Below, one piece after another: positions 24,233-38,689 of a stretch of DNA of 64,000 nt. Location: the NCBI GenBank assembly GCA_025201805.1, contig MU619242.1:57323-121322 (forward strand), read 5' to 3'. Position numbers and translations under genes: made by a program. The stretch is from Parasitella parasitica NRRL 2501 (lineage: Eukaryota > Fungi > Mucoromycota). Position 1 is the first letter of the stretch. Every line of letters starts with the position of its first letter. Below the pieces are notes generated by a model. The model was given only the letters and a program-made list of their open reading frames with translations. It was not told the origin of the DNA and searched no databases.

Positions 24233-26105
24233 ATGATGTCTGTAATATTTGCGCTGTTTTCTGTGCCAATTGGTGGTCTGGTGCTCTTCTTGTATCGTTA
24301 TTACTATAGTGATATATACAAAAGGTTTCAAGTCATTCTCAAATCTCATAAATTGAAAAATACGCCTGAAGTGCAGGATCCAATTGTGCTTCAAATTGAA
24401 AGTGGTCAGATCCCTTCGTGGCTTAATGGCATCATGTATCGTATTGGTATATAATACTCTGTGTTCTCATTTCCTCACTGCTCAAATCACGTTACATATA
24501 TGTATAGGCCCTGGTAGATTCAATATTCAGCAAAATGATGGCTCCACGTTCAATATTCGCCATGCTTTTGATGGCTTGCCATTTATGCATCGATTTGAAA
24601 TCAACGGCTCGAATCAAACTCTAAAGTATAACTCGCGAATGCTGGCAAAGTCTTTGGAGAGCAAATTGAAGGATAAATCATACAGGGGACTTATTTTCTT
24701 TGGTCATATCCCTGAAACGAGCTTTACACAATGGCTCTACCATTTCTGCATGCGCGTCAATAACATGGTTCTTTTCCCTAAAGCAAGACAGCGCGGTGCT
24801 CCTGATGGTCAATCAGTAGGCGTTACTGCTACCCCTAACTTTCCGTTGCCTACAGGCATCAAAAAGACGGACAACGAGAACGTGTTGGTCTCTAAGACAG
24901 ATGCCAATGTGCTTCAGAAAATTCACGCAGAAACCTTGAGTAAATATTAAACTAACTTGTCTGTTGTGTGTACTTAAATTTTTCTTATCACTGCAGAGCC
25001 GCAACGTATTTTCAATTATTCATCTTATGACCCTCGTATTCAAGGTCAATTGTCTGCTGCTCATCATCAATGGGACCCTATTACTAAAGAAGTGTTTAAC
25101 TTTGCTCTGACAACTGGGCCTGTGCCTAGACTTGTGATATTTAGCATCTGTGAAGCTGGCAAAGTAACCATTTTGGCTGATTTCGCTCATCGGTTTGACA
25201 AGTCTCCTATCCAAGCACCTTACATCCACTCTATGTGGTTGACTGAAAACTACGTTATCATTCCTGAATCGCCCATGGTGCTCAATGATCGAGGCGCTAA
25301 TATGATGCTCAATGGATCTTTCTTGTCTAGCATATCTTGGGATCACAATGCACCTACATACTGTCACATCATTGAGCGCCGTCCCAAGCAAGAGAAGGAG
25401 GGCCTTGTTGCTTCAATTCCTGTAAATCCCGGCTTTTTCACATTTCATGTCGGTAATGCATTCGAAACCAAGAATGCTGCTGGCGAAACGCTTCTGATCT
25501 TGGACTGTGCATCTTTCTCTGACGGTGATATTATGCATCAGTTGCATAGCTTTGGTACACCCCACCGCAAAGGGCCTGCTGCAGATGGCGTTTATCAAAC
25601 TAAATTGAACGGTATCCCGTACCCTCCTCGTCATCAGATGGGATTTGGTGATTTAGTTCGCTACAAACTCAATCTGGCTCAGTCTTGTACGGTTTCTATT
25701 GATAAATTGGCCCAGAACGTCGAGTTTCCTCGCTTTAATCAAGAATATTGCATGAAAAAAGAAAACCGTTATATCTATGGTTGTCAGTTGCAAGGATTTA
25801 CTGAAAAGAGGGATGAGAGTGGCGCTCTCATTAAAGTGGATCTGACTGGCGAGACTAGCCCATTAACTTTTGGTGAGGAAGGATTCAATTGCTCAGAGCC
25901 AATTTTTGTGCCTAGCCCTTCAGCAAAAGAAGAAGATGATGGCATATTGTTGAGCCTGGTAAACAATTTTGATTGCTGCTACCTTGTTGTTGTTGATGCA
26001 TCGAATATGAAAGAATTAGCTCGAGTCAAGATTGGGCAGTTTATTGCCGTTACTTTTCATGGCTCATATGTCGATCATGAATTTCAATCTATCAACGTGA
26101 ATTAG
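24233..26105 (+). CDS. acaA: Carotenoid/apocarotenoid cleavage oxygenase (RPE65 family), AcaA-like
   Basis: PSWLNGIMYRI|GPG, HAFDGL, four Fe-ligand His contexts (SAAHH, YIHSM, TFHVGNAFE, TFHGSY), EFPR and EPIFVP..EDDG. N-terminal membrane anchor, 2 introns. The AcaA versus paralogue assignment is from recall. Confidence 0.85.
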
Positions 26106-26639
26106 CTTTTTTTTTTGAACTAAAATTTGACTCCTTAGTGTATTCATTTTCAATTCACAAACTACAGGAAGTTGTTGATATCGTATAGACACGATTAAGT
26201 CTATGATACGTATGAATTTAAAATATGAAAAAAAACAGAGGGTTTCAAAGTCTAGAAGTAGTGGTCTGGTTAGAATATTTATCGCTTAAATGCATTCTGA
26301 ATAGATGGATGCCATATACATATAAATCATTGCAGATGGTGTATAGAAGCAACCAAGGGGCATTTGTATGCAGATAAACTAAATGAAGGCAGCAAAAATG
26401 AAGTTCAGTCTTAAAATCTGAATTTTCAGCAAGTCATTCTTGCACTACGGCGAAAAAATCCTAATATAGAGCTAACAATCTACAGCCTATTTTTTTTTCG
26501 CTGTAAATGAGTGCAGCATCTATTTACAATTGAAGAGCAAAGCGTATGTCTCTATATGAATCGATAACTGAGATACTTTATAATACGGGATCAAGAACAA
26601 CTATGTGTATCTTTATTTTTGGATGATATAAATACCAAT

Positions 26640-27799
26640 TGTGAAATACATTCACTATGATGATCTGCATTCCACTTCTAGATTCACCCAATTCTAATAT
26701 TTTTACAAACTATTAGGCAATGGACATACAAACTTGGGCCAAAATCTTTTTCTTTTGCACCATTCTACAACATAGCCGAGTCTCATGTGTACCACTGACC
26801 ATTTTTCAGATTTTGCTATGTTTCGACCCCAAAACTCCTATTCAATTTTCAGTTTTCGACTTTGGGTCAACAACCTTCAAGTTCATTTTTAAGTATGGAT
26901 TTGGGGTCTCAGCCAAGAATACACCCTAGTTGTTATAGATCAGTATAAACTAATCATCACAAAAAAGAATATCCGTAAATATTATGAATATGAACAAATT
27001 ACCCCAGAATATTCCACAAAGATCACAATCATCAAGACCAGGCTAGCATGGATTTAAGAAGAGGTGATTCAATATCAAGAACAAATAAAAGCAACTCCAA
27101 CACTCGTCAAATCTGCCATTGCTTATCTCTTTATCAATCCTTGCTTCCAAGACGTCCTGAATGAATAATCCAATATAATTTAGGTTCATATCCATAATCA
27201 TTTACCCTTGGAAAACTAGTATAAAAGATAGTTTTTCAATGACATTTTGATGATCTTCATCAAAAAATAAATAACAGATTTAAAAAGTATTTTTTATGTA
27301 TTTTTTACTAGTAATTTCACACTAGTATTAGTACAAAAATTTTACCTCACCACGCTTCTTGAATTTCAATATTCAACTTAGCATATATCTGTATACGTAG
27401 CACGTCTATAGCATGTCAGACATGAGTATATTTATGGCGTCGCACATCTTCCACAAATCTGTGGTGCATAATGTATCTGTAGCTAGTATCATAGATATAA
27501 GTTTATGCTTATAGTATGTATCTGGAAACTGAGATTACACATCTGAAGCATAGACCTTATATAGCATAAGCTCGTAGCATACACAAAATCTAGTAAATGT
27601 CTAAAGCTCGTGTTGAGATATAAGTATACGTCTATAGCACCATCCATCCTAATGGTGCCATCTCTAGCCTATATATTATATAGTATAAATCTGTGTTATA
27701 CGTCTTATTAACTGTGCTTATATTTAGTCTGTATCAATATAAGGTAACTGGATGAATCTAGAAGTGGAATGCGGATCATCATAATGAATGTATTTCACA
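26640..27799. mobile_element. Non-autonomous TIR DNA transposon, Ginger-like termini (TGT..ACA)
   Basis: 54-bp TIRs at 26640-26693 and 27746-27799 with 4 mismatches. Flanks are CAAT and CAAG (near-perfect 4-bp TSD). No transposase ORF. Confidence 0.8.
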
Positions 27800-28149
27800 C
27801 AAGTGTTGAGAGAATTTCTAAACGAGTTGACATTTAATGTAAATTATGCTATGATCTCTTGGATCATACATTTCAATTCTTTAGTTGAGATTGCCAAAAG
27901 CACAAGGTGTAAGATGAAAAATAATTGATAAAGCGTGGTTGAGCCGTTAAAACCCGTGTCTTACTTTGTGTTTTTTCTCAAAGAAAATAATCTTTGTAAT
28001 ATGGTCATTGAAAAGTTCACGAAAAAGCATACGGTTTATTATATTAAAAAATATGAAAAAAAACAAAAGTGTAATGTAGCATGGTAAAAGTAGGTTAGTC
28101 GGGTGCATTAGGTATGGTAGATCGAGAGGAGTCGGTAATCTAGGTGACA

Positions 28150-29790
28150 GAAGGATATTAATTCGTATATGAAATAGAGCTGATGAGCTCATCTGATGGT
28201 ACATATACTGCTTCAAGATTGAATAGGAATTGCCTTAAAACTATCCAACGAGTCGCATTGTAGAACTTGTCAGCGGCGAATTTGGGAAGTGAACTCAAGA
28301 AGGCATAGACGTCCACACCAAGATTCCATAGATCTGGAGGCATAATGTTATGTAATGCTGAGTAGTAAGAGAGCTGGTTTGGCTGCAATCATGGCATGCT
28401 TGTGGTTTTCCTGTTAGTTAACCCATCCAATAACAAAATGGTCGACTCATTTCGTGAACTGTCATTGGCAAGTACAGTGTTTAATAGGATCTATGCCGAG
28501 AGTAGGAGGATAATGGCTAGTATAGATAAGTTTTGCCTGAGTGGCGTGCTATTGATCTAAAAGATATTGGCTGATTTGTTGTTTAAAACCAGTGATTTGA
28601 ATAAATATTTGACATCCAGTGCTCTTACTTGCAAGAGGTGCAGTCAATTGCTGCCAGATATGAGTATCATGTTGTAGCTCTCTGAGATGACATGTTCGTA
28701 AAATGAGAATTTTTTAATAAAAGGACCTAAATGATGCGTTTCCAGGCAATTGATAGAGCTGTACAAAGCTTTTCCGATGTAAATCAACCATGCGATCACT
28801 CATATTAGCCAAACTGTTCATACGTTTAATTATCTGGATCGAAAAAGTCGGTATAGCAACGATTTTCGGGCGTTTTAACTTGGGATTGTGCGATAATGTT
28901 ATTGCATGAAAGACTTGACAAAACGTGAAATAAATAATAATATTTTTTTATTAGAAATGCAAGCCCTTAACAGAGAAACCATGTCGAAAGTCGAGCGAAA
29001 TAGCTTGAATTTCTCGAAATTGGACATGGTCTAACTGAAAATGGGATTGTTAAGCTGTGCACCTTGTTCTATTTAAATATATGTTTAAAGGCTTAATTTA
29101 CCAGATAGAAGACTATTGATATATTGGTTGATAACAGGCTGTCCATTTTTATAGAATAAATCTCCATGAGTCAATTTATGATCATGTTTAACATGTAACT
29201 GTCAAATAATATTGTACTACAGGATTAGTCAGAGCAAGATTTGGTTATATTTAATCATTAAAACTTTATGGATGTAAATCATATATTGAAAGGTTTAGCT
29301 TCCTAATTTAGAACAAGTAGAACCCAAATAGGTGGTTTCTTTTGCAAGACAGTTCATGATTAAATCTATCTATTGTAAAATTATTAGCGACATCTTACAA
29401 TAGATCCGATCAGGAATGGTTGCCAGGGTATGACAAATGTTACTGAAGATTGGCTAGCTATTAGGAATTGTGTCATGATTTTCCATACAGAATGTAAGGT
29501 CATTTGAGAAGAACTTCAAAGGATTGCGATATGAATTCCAACCGAGCCATCCGATTCTTATTAAATTCAAGTATTCAATGACTAACAGTGTCTTCAAAAA
29601 AAAAAAAAAAAGACTTTTTCATTAACATTTCAATAACATTATACTTCTGGTGAGGGAGGGGGAGAGATAGCTCGTTAATATATAAAAAATTGTTCTTTTC
29701 TGCTCCAACTATGTGGCTACGTTTGCTCCTCTTGCTTGTTCATACCGTTATATGATCTATGGAATCCAATAGTATTCGCATAGTTACATA
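28150..29790 (-). mobile_element. Degenerate LINE relic related to the element at 254-1838
   Basis: Minus-strand LGIDPI..LYLPMTVHEMSRPFCYWMG*LTGKPQACHDC parallels IGIDPVMHVP..RSRLVRYRMGWLPGKPRPCIC. Weaker remnants upstream (YILYGK, Y-G-PF). The 5' boundary is uncertain. Confidence 0.65.
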
Positions 29791-30433
29791 AAAACATCAA
29801 GTCTGAAAGTATATTTGACATATATTAGTGTTAATTTGCCAAGAATAGCTGATGCACCAACACGATGTAAATAAAGACAGTAAGTCTGGAGCTTCTTGGG
29901 AATCTTCAATATTTCATTGTAGTTCTCTAGTTTTCTTGCAATGCACTCGTTTCTCAATTGCACTTGTATTTTTTTCATGACAATTTTTAGACTTTCCAAC
30001 CAGTAATTGGTTCATCGGCTGTACACCAATGCACAAAATATGATACACAAACATTACAAGTATAAAAATAGATCTAGGGAGAAGACCTTTGTACTTTTAT
30101 TATGAGCTGTTTCGCGAATTATGGATTACTTCAGTAGAAAATTTCAGTAAGATATATAAATAGAGTTGAATTCCCTTTTAATGTTTAAAGTTGGCAAAAG
30201 CTTTACAGTAACCAAATCAAATAAATTTCAAACGCTAATCACAAGAGAACAATGGTTTTCACGTTTCAATCGAAATAAACAGACCATTCTAGCACATCTA
30301 AATCACAAATACCACATTACAAATAGGAGATTATAGTACCATATCGTAAATACAGCATAAATCTTGCGTTTACTTTACTTTTAGATAAAATTGTCGTAGA
30401 AAATGATATTTTAGTTTTAAAATGCAATCATCT

Positions 30434-31511
30434 TTACCAAGTAGCTTGATTATCATGACTATCACGATGGGCAAACAACCATTCCAAGTCTTCTTTACTG
30501 CTTGTATGGGTGGTAGATGAAGCAGAATCAATAGATGATGTTGCTTGAAGTTGAATGATTTTCTCCTTTACAAGGTTAAAGAAAGTATTCCAGTGTTCCA
30601 AGGTGCTTATATCAGAGGCAATGCTATTTAATTGAGTGATTTGTTCGGACACTACAGGATATTCAGTAGCCAAGGTTTCGGTAAAAGAGGCCCATTGATT
30701 CTTGACTTGCTCAACCGTATCATAATGAGCGTCCGAGAGTTTTTGGACTTCAGCGAGAATAGCATCGTTAGCAGTTGCTGGTGGTAAAGAAGCAACAGTT
30801 GATGCTTTATCCACATTTGTATTAGGAAGTGCTTCCAAATCGAAGAGAACACTGTTCATATCAGAGTTAAGGTGAGACGTTGCTGCATTCGAGGTGCTGT
30901 TATTAACGTAATTATTGTCATTGTCGTAATCGCCTTCGATGATACGAAGGCAGCCGTAACCTGATCTCCCAGTAATACAGTCAGCCTATACAAACGTGCG
31001 GACATGACAATGAGACCGAATGTTTACAAAATGTAGTATGTGAAATTACCTCATTTTGGCAACAGCGAATACAGAATCTATTAATATCGGGTTCAATCAT
31101 ACTGACAAAGTACTTATAATCTTGACATTGTGCTCCAATAGGTTTTCCTTTGATATGGTTATCATATTGGCCACCACCATCAGTTTCTCCTAAGTCGTAT
31201 TTAGATCTATCAAAGAAGCCAGTAACTTGGACATAAGTACTGTTTCTTAAATAATGAGCAGTTGTAATAAAGCCTTCAGGGAATTCCGTTGCGTTTGGTA
31301 CAGTATCAGGCTTTGTACAGAATGGGATACCGTTGTTTTCATTTACGGCAACGACGAGACCAGGATGAGGAGGTAAAAAGAGACAAAAATCATTTTGGCT
31401 ATGAATCGCTGTCAAAGGAGTAGATGAATTTACAGATGCAGCATTAACAGCAAAAGAGGAAGCAACAGTAAAAAGGCTTGCTACAATAATATTATTGATG
31501 GAAATATACAT
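30434..31511 (-). CDS. Secreted Cys-rich protein, MP88/immunoreactive mannoprotein-like domain plus helical C-terminal tail
   Basis: Signal peptide, NDFCLFLPP, GFITTAH, YVQVTG, DGGGQYD and FCIRCC|..GRSGYGC. Intron 30986-31049. Confidence 0.75.
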
Positions 31512-33825
31512 TTTTTTTTTTACAATGAACAAAGAAAAAAGAGACACACAAATAAAATCAAAAGAGCTAATTAATAAATATAATATGTAGTACAGTGCTT
31601 CTATTCTCATTTTGCAGATGTTTTGAAAACTGTAAGTAGTGTTTGATTCGTGACGTAGACTGCTCTGTTGTAACGAAAGATGATCATCATTGCATGCCTG
31701 TCTAGGCACAGAAACTAGTTTTGTGTAAAACGATTGTTGGATAGTACTTGTGGTTCTCCTCTATGGGTCCCTTTGAATAGATTGCATAGTCTAGAAGCTG
31801 TAACATGAAATAGGTACTAACTTCTAGGCCAACGCTGACATAGGCATGGTGACCATTATGATCGTTGATGGTCAGATTCTATTTCTATAAGGAAGCAATG
31901 TATTGAAACTCAACTGCTTTATAAAGTTACTTGACAATTAAAAAAGTTACACCAAACGTATAACAAATTGCACATCTACTATTTATAAGTCAAAAGTCGA
32001 CTGCATTTGTATTACAGCAAGTGAATTGCATATCTTATTCGTAAAGGGCCTATTGTATGTCGACAATATAAATATCAACATATAAAGTGTTGTTGATCTT
32101 TCAATATGAAGGTTTGTTTATGTCAAATAAATCATATTCGAATGCCAAGAGCTACTTTTTTTGTATTCACTAGAGCCCGTAAAAAAAGAGTTACACAATA
32201 ATGATAATTAAGTGAATGCTTATTTAATCCTTTAGATGCTAAATGGACATGGTGAAATGCAGAGTTGACAAAATAAAGTCATGGATGGTACCTACAGCTA
32301 TGCGGATGGCACCATTATTGAATTATTTAGCAAGTAATCATTGCAAAAATTGCTAAACGCAGTAGAGCTCCAAATTTATAAAAACCAGATCTTGAATAAG
32401 GATGCTCTCGTGCAAAGAGTGAGAAGGTAGCTTAGGACATTTTAAACAAAAAAAAATGTTAACATACTTCCTTGAAAAAAACTAGCCTCGTCTTGTATGC
32501 GAGAAAGATAAATGACTAGTTTTGAGAGGTTTATAGTTAATAAAACCTAATCAAATCGAGAGATAGGCAGGCTTCCTTTGTTGTGTCCCCGTGATTATTA
32601 TACCCGTAATAACAGAATACCAAAACAGCTCCTGCACGTTTACAATGTTTTTTGAGATACACTATCAATGGCTTTAATATTACTTGACTGAAGCAAGTGA
32701 TTACCACTATCTTTAAATTTCACTTTTTTGAAGCTTTCACAACTTTAAAAGCAAGATATTTTATAACATCTGAAGATGAGGATGGTGGATGGTGTTTTGC
32801 TGATAAAATATATGTCTACTTATAAAGAGTAATATAACATAACTGCTCAAGTATCAAATATCATGGCATCGACCATGCATATATGATATAATAGGAAATA
32901 GCAGTTATCTTTACAAATACTACAATTTTGACATTTATTGCACACAATCATGGAACTAAACAAGGCACAGTGCAAGGGTTATTCAAAAAATTTAAAGTGA
33001 GTTTACTTTACATTACGATCAGCGTCTTTTTTGCCAAGATACTTGTCCATATATTTACAGAACCTCTCAATTATCATAATATTAAAAATCTTTTTAGATT
33101 ATCGAAAACAGAAGTATCCCTCTTTCGTAGTGAGATAAAACAGCAACTTTTATCTTTGTAAATATCCTTCTCATTCCAAAAAAACGACATTGACAAAACA
33201 GGCAACAATATGCGAAAAATTAAAGGCAGAGAATACTTTAGCTAGATCATTGGCCTTATTGGAAATAATTCAAGTGTCAAATCCTGCTGGCATTTCAAAA
33301 CTATAATAATTCTAGTAAACAACGAAAAAGGTTGCATAAGATCAACATACATGCAAACATGCGGTTTTTGTCAAGATAGCACAGGTTAAAAACATGATAC
33401 CCTTTGATCTCCCACCCCCCTCCCCCCCCCCTTTTTTTTTTGTCATTGTCGATGATTAAATACATTATTGATTTATTTCAATAACGAAATCAGAAGCTGG
33501 GTACGGACAAAAGGCATTAAATGGAAAAGACAGAGACGTAGAACCAACTTTCTTTTACTTCTCCAAGGAAACCACTTTTTACCAGGATTTAATTTATGCA
33601 AAATTTCTTGTACAATAAAACCTGTATTCTATGCATGTAAATCGCTCCACGTATCTACGTATAGCATCAAGTAGATTGTATTTGGGTGCTTCAGTAAAAA
33701 TGGAGCACAATAAATAAATAAAACATGTTGGAAATCTAACATTTGTCGCCATGCCGATTGATTAATACTTTTATTTAGGATAAAAGGACGTCATAATGTT
33801 CGATCTTGTGGATCAACAGATCGAT

Positions 33826-33868
33826 GGTGATGGTGGTGGTGGTGGTGGTGGTGGTGTGGTGGTGGTGG
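33826..33868. repeat. (GGT)n microsatellite
   Basis: Near-perfect GGT run. It produces the spurious poly-His ORF on the minus strand. Confidence 0.9.
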
Positions 33869-34203
33869 CAATTGCATGACTAACAGAACAAACATGCAAA
33901 CAAACTTTGGGCATGCAGGTATTCGGTAATCATAAAAGAGAAAATGAGGATGATATAAGATTACTATTACAGATCCCTCCAACAGCTACAAGTGTAATAA
34001 CAACAAATCAAACTGTACTGGTAAATCTTCTCTATAAAACGAATCCAGTGAGCATGAGCGTTTTTGGCCATGAGGCTTCTTTCGCTTTATGAACGAAAAA
34101 AAAATAATCGGACATCTTGTAATAAATTACTTTTTCCTTTTATTACTTCCTTTTCCTTTTATCTCTTTTTATTTCCCAAACTTTTTTTTTTCAGCATCAA
34201 ACA

Positions 34204-35966
34204 ATGGGTACAACGACAAGTAGAGAAGGCTCTACTCGTCAAAAATATCGACGGAAACTAGCCTCATTGAAATCACAGAAAAGTCGAGAGACGATAACCA
34301 CAGACAACAATAAAGCGACTGAATCCACAAAGCCTATTTCAGCACCTGCCTCTTTTCGAGTCTATCAGCTTACGCCAGTAAATCTCGTCAAACATCAAGT
34401 TGTACTTTCTGACCATGTATCACCCATGTCTTCACTTTCCGCTGTCATTTCCATACCGATGAGACGATCGTCATGGAGAAAAAGTGTCAATACATTTACC
34501 ACACGAACCACAAATGATAATGGAAGCATCACATCAAATTCGTTCTTTGAAGACGATATCAATGACGATGCAGACTCTGAAGTGATCTCGTCTCCTCGAA
34601 CGTCTGTTGGGTCAGAAGAAAACAACTTTTTAAAAGTGGAAGATAAAAAGAAGATTAAACCAAAATTTACTACGTTGCCGTTACATTCGTTCAAGAGTAG
34701 CTATAAAAAGGAAGGGAATGATATAGTGTTTGAATCTAAATATAACACTTCTGCATCACCTACAGCATCTACATCGCTGCAAGAGGAGAAACCGAAAGGT
34801 CCACCGAGACCTTTTTGGTCTTACAATAACGGAGACGAAAGAGAATATGAGAGGTAGGGTTTTTGTTTTTCTGCCGCAGGAATGATTGATATTAATTTGA
34901 TTTGTTTGTTTATAAAAATAGACAATTACGACAGGTATTATTATTATTTTTTTTGGCACGTGGAGGTGATATTATCATACTGAACATGCATACTAAATCA
35001 TTTTATATAGCACTATGTGCTGAAGCATGTATTGGATGGGAATATTCATGTCCCAATACCGACAGATAAAAGTGTCACTATACTCGATTCAGCTTGCGGA
35101 GCAGGGTTTTGGACTTTAGATATGGCGCAAGCTTACCCCAATGCCAGAGTGATCGGGTTAGATACTTTTCCAAACGACGATAAAAGAATGAAGGGGTACT
35201 CCAGCGCAACAATGAGTGCCCCTAATATAGTTTACAAATACGGAGATCTTACAGCCCAATTGACATTACCAGACAATTACATAGATGTGCTGTATCAGCG
35301 TGACACTGCATCGATTATACCACATGAACGCTGGCCGTTTCTTCTCAAGGAGTTGATGCGAGTTACCAAGCCTGGTGGCTATGTGGAATTTGTGGAATAT
35401 GGTAAAATATTTAAATAACTGTATCAAGTCATTTTACTTATTTTTGATACAGATTTTGACATTCGAGACCCTGGACCTGTGCTTGCTCTAGTAAACGAGT
35501 GGTACAAAATTGCATCCACATCAGTCGGTATTGATCCAAAGGAGGCAAAGCATTTAGAGAGCAAGCTCGTTTCTGCTGGGTTCCAACATGTTGAAAAGAA
35601 GGTTGTGTCCATCCCTATCGGTGAATGGCCTGTAGAAAAAGGTAAAGGTATCGAAGGCTGATTTTGCCCATTATGAGTTCTAATATTTCTATTCTAGATC
35701 AACAAGAAAAAGGCTTTTTATATAAGCAAGTGATGAAAACACTTTTCAAATCAATGAAGCCATGGTGGATAACTGAGCTTGGTGTGACAGAACATGAATA
35801 TGATAAGGTTGTCATTGCAGCAATGGATGAATTCGATGACCAGCGGTGCTATCTTGATTGGATTATTTATACAGCAAGAAAACCTCTTGAAAGTACTGCC
35901 ACTACCTCCTCTACTACTACCACTACTACTACCACTACTACTACTACTGCTACTATTGCAAATTAA
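34204..35966 (+). CDS. Class I SAM-dependent methyltransferase (LaeA-like/Methyltransf_23-25) with long Ser/Thr-rich N-terminus
   Basis: EYER|QLRQ|HYVLK, ILDSACGAGFWTLDMA, VIGLD, ELMRVTKPGGYVEFVE and SIPIGEWP. Poly-Thr tail encoded by (ACT)n. Confidence 0.88.
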
Positions 35967-36087
35967 TACGAACATATGCACATATATACATACAATCTAT
36001 CGCTGGATCGAATCTAATATTATCGTAAATACAAAATACCCTTCGCCCTGGACATCAATAAATTTTTATTTTATATCGTTAAACAAC

Positions 36088-37262
36088 CTATCGTCGTAAA
36101 AGTGGAGGGGGCATAAAAACATTCACTTTTTCATCCCAGGCACAAGTTGCCACTTGACCTTCTACGTACAGATTGAAATCAAGACCAAGAACAAACTCGG
36201 TATGAGCATCGTGCACATGAATCAGGTTTTGTCCAGGGGGTGCTGCTGTGTCCCAGAATCTTACACTCATATCATAAGCAGCACTTGCTAAAATGTTGGG
36301 TCGATGTGGGGACCAACGCACTCTGCGCACGGCAAATTCATGGCCAGGAAGACAAATTACTTCCCTGTCAGAACGTCGCAAATCCCACACTTTGATTGTT
36401 TTATCAACAGATCCAGTTACCAGCATATGATCTTGATACTTGTTCCAATCGAGAGATAAGATTTCGTTATTATGGGCACGCAATGTTTGAATGGATCGAG
36501 GACTATTAGTATCCCATATCTTGACAGTTTGGTCTCCCGAAGCTGAGGCAAGACGGGTAGGGCTATAAGGAGACCATGCTGTACTATAAACACAGTGGGT
36601 ATGCTCGGTATATGTTTGTATAGACCTTGGGATTTGTGGGTTCCACTTTGTTGATACATGAGTTCCCATATCAAGCTTGGTTGCTATTCACTTACAATTT
36701 TAACAGTATGATCCCACGAACCACTAGAAAACACATCCTTTGTAACCAAATTCCAATCCACTGAGAATACCTCGCGTTGATGTTCTTGCCAATTTTGAAT
36801 TGGGAAATCCTAAATAACAAAAACGTCAATCCCGGTAGGCCTGGCTTTCGTTTTACTTTATATCTTACTGCCAATGTAGTATCCCACATCTTGATTGAAC
36901 CATCACCGCTTGAAACTACAAGCTGGTTCTCATTCACTTCACTCCAAGCAACATCATACAAACCATCTTGTGTGTCGTAACTAAAATTGCGCAGGAATCA
37001 ATAACCATTTTATCAACTAATTTGTTTTATTACGTACGCTCTTTCAACAGCTACACTATCTCCTTGAACACCCATGATAAAAAGTCTACCGTTGCCAACA
37101 AGCCCGAAATTTGAGGAACTTGCTACAGCAAGCTTATTTTCAAAGAATGGACTCCATTTTGTCTATTGATTTTCCACATGAATGAGGTTTTCCGAGTAGA
37201 TTTCAATAGCTTATTCTTACCGAGTAGCCGTTAAATCCTTCTGTACGAAATTGAGAAAACAT
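36088..37262 (-). CDS. PEX7: Peroxisomal targeting signal 2 receptor (WD40)
   Basis: [69 protein letters not shown] and HTEFVLGLD. Confidence 0.95.
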
Positions 37263-37854
37263 TGTATGTATGTAAAAGAAAGTTGGAGTCCGTGGAAATG
37301 AATGGGAGGAAAAGGTTCTGAGGGTATGTATGAGAATTAAGCTGACACAAGTATTAGCGCTATTTTAATCTTTTTCATTGCCCTGTGGGTGGATCATGAT
37401 GAAATCAGTTTTCCATGACTAATGCCTGTTCAGTTTTTGTTTAGCTACTGATCTCAACTTTTTGAAGTTTCAAAATTTTAAATCTACCATTGTTCATTTT
37501 TATCAAATATTTGCATGCAATTACTAATATTTGATGAAACTTTGAATGGAGATACAGCAACAGATATTGACATGTAAAGAGACATCAACGAAACAATACT
37601 CTGGCCATGCCAACCCAATCTGTTGCTATGGTAGCAAGGTAGCTGAAAATAAATTTTAGATGCTCTTGCAGCCGTCAAAAATCAAACATGCGTTGCCATG
37701 GTAATATAATATTTGCATTTAAAAAAAGAAGTGAAGTATGACCCTCATTTAAGGCTCCTCACGTGCATGGTTCGCATGTTTTATTGAGCCGCTTCCATAA
37801 TTTTTTTCTCGTTAGCTCTTTTCTTTCTTGTTTAATATATATCACAATTATAAA

Positions 37855-38689
<835 letters not shown>

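Noticed and set aside
32928-33161. IAHNHGTKQGTVQGLFKKFK resembling a transposase HTH
   Set aside because: Too short. No DDE domain or terminal repeats found nearby.
33791-33982. Poly-His/Pro ORF
   Set aside because: By-product of the (GGT)n microsatellite.
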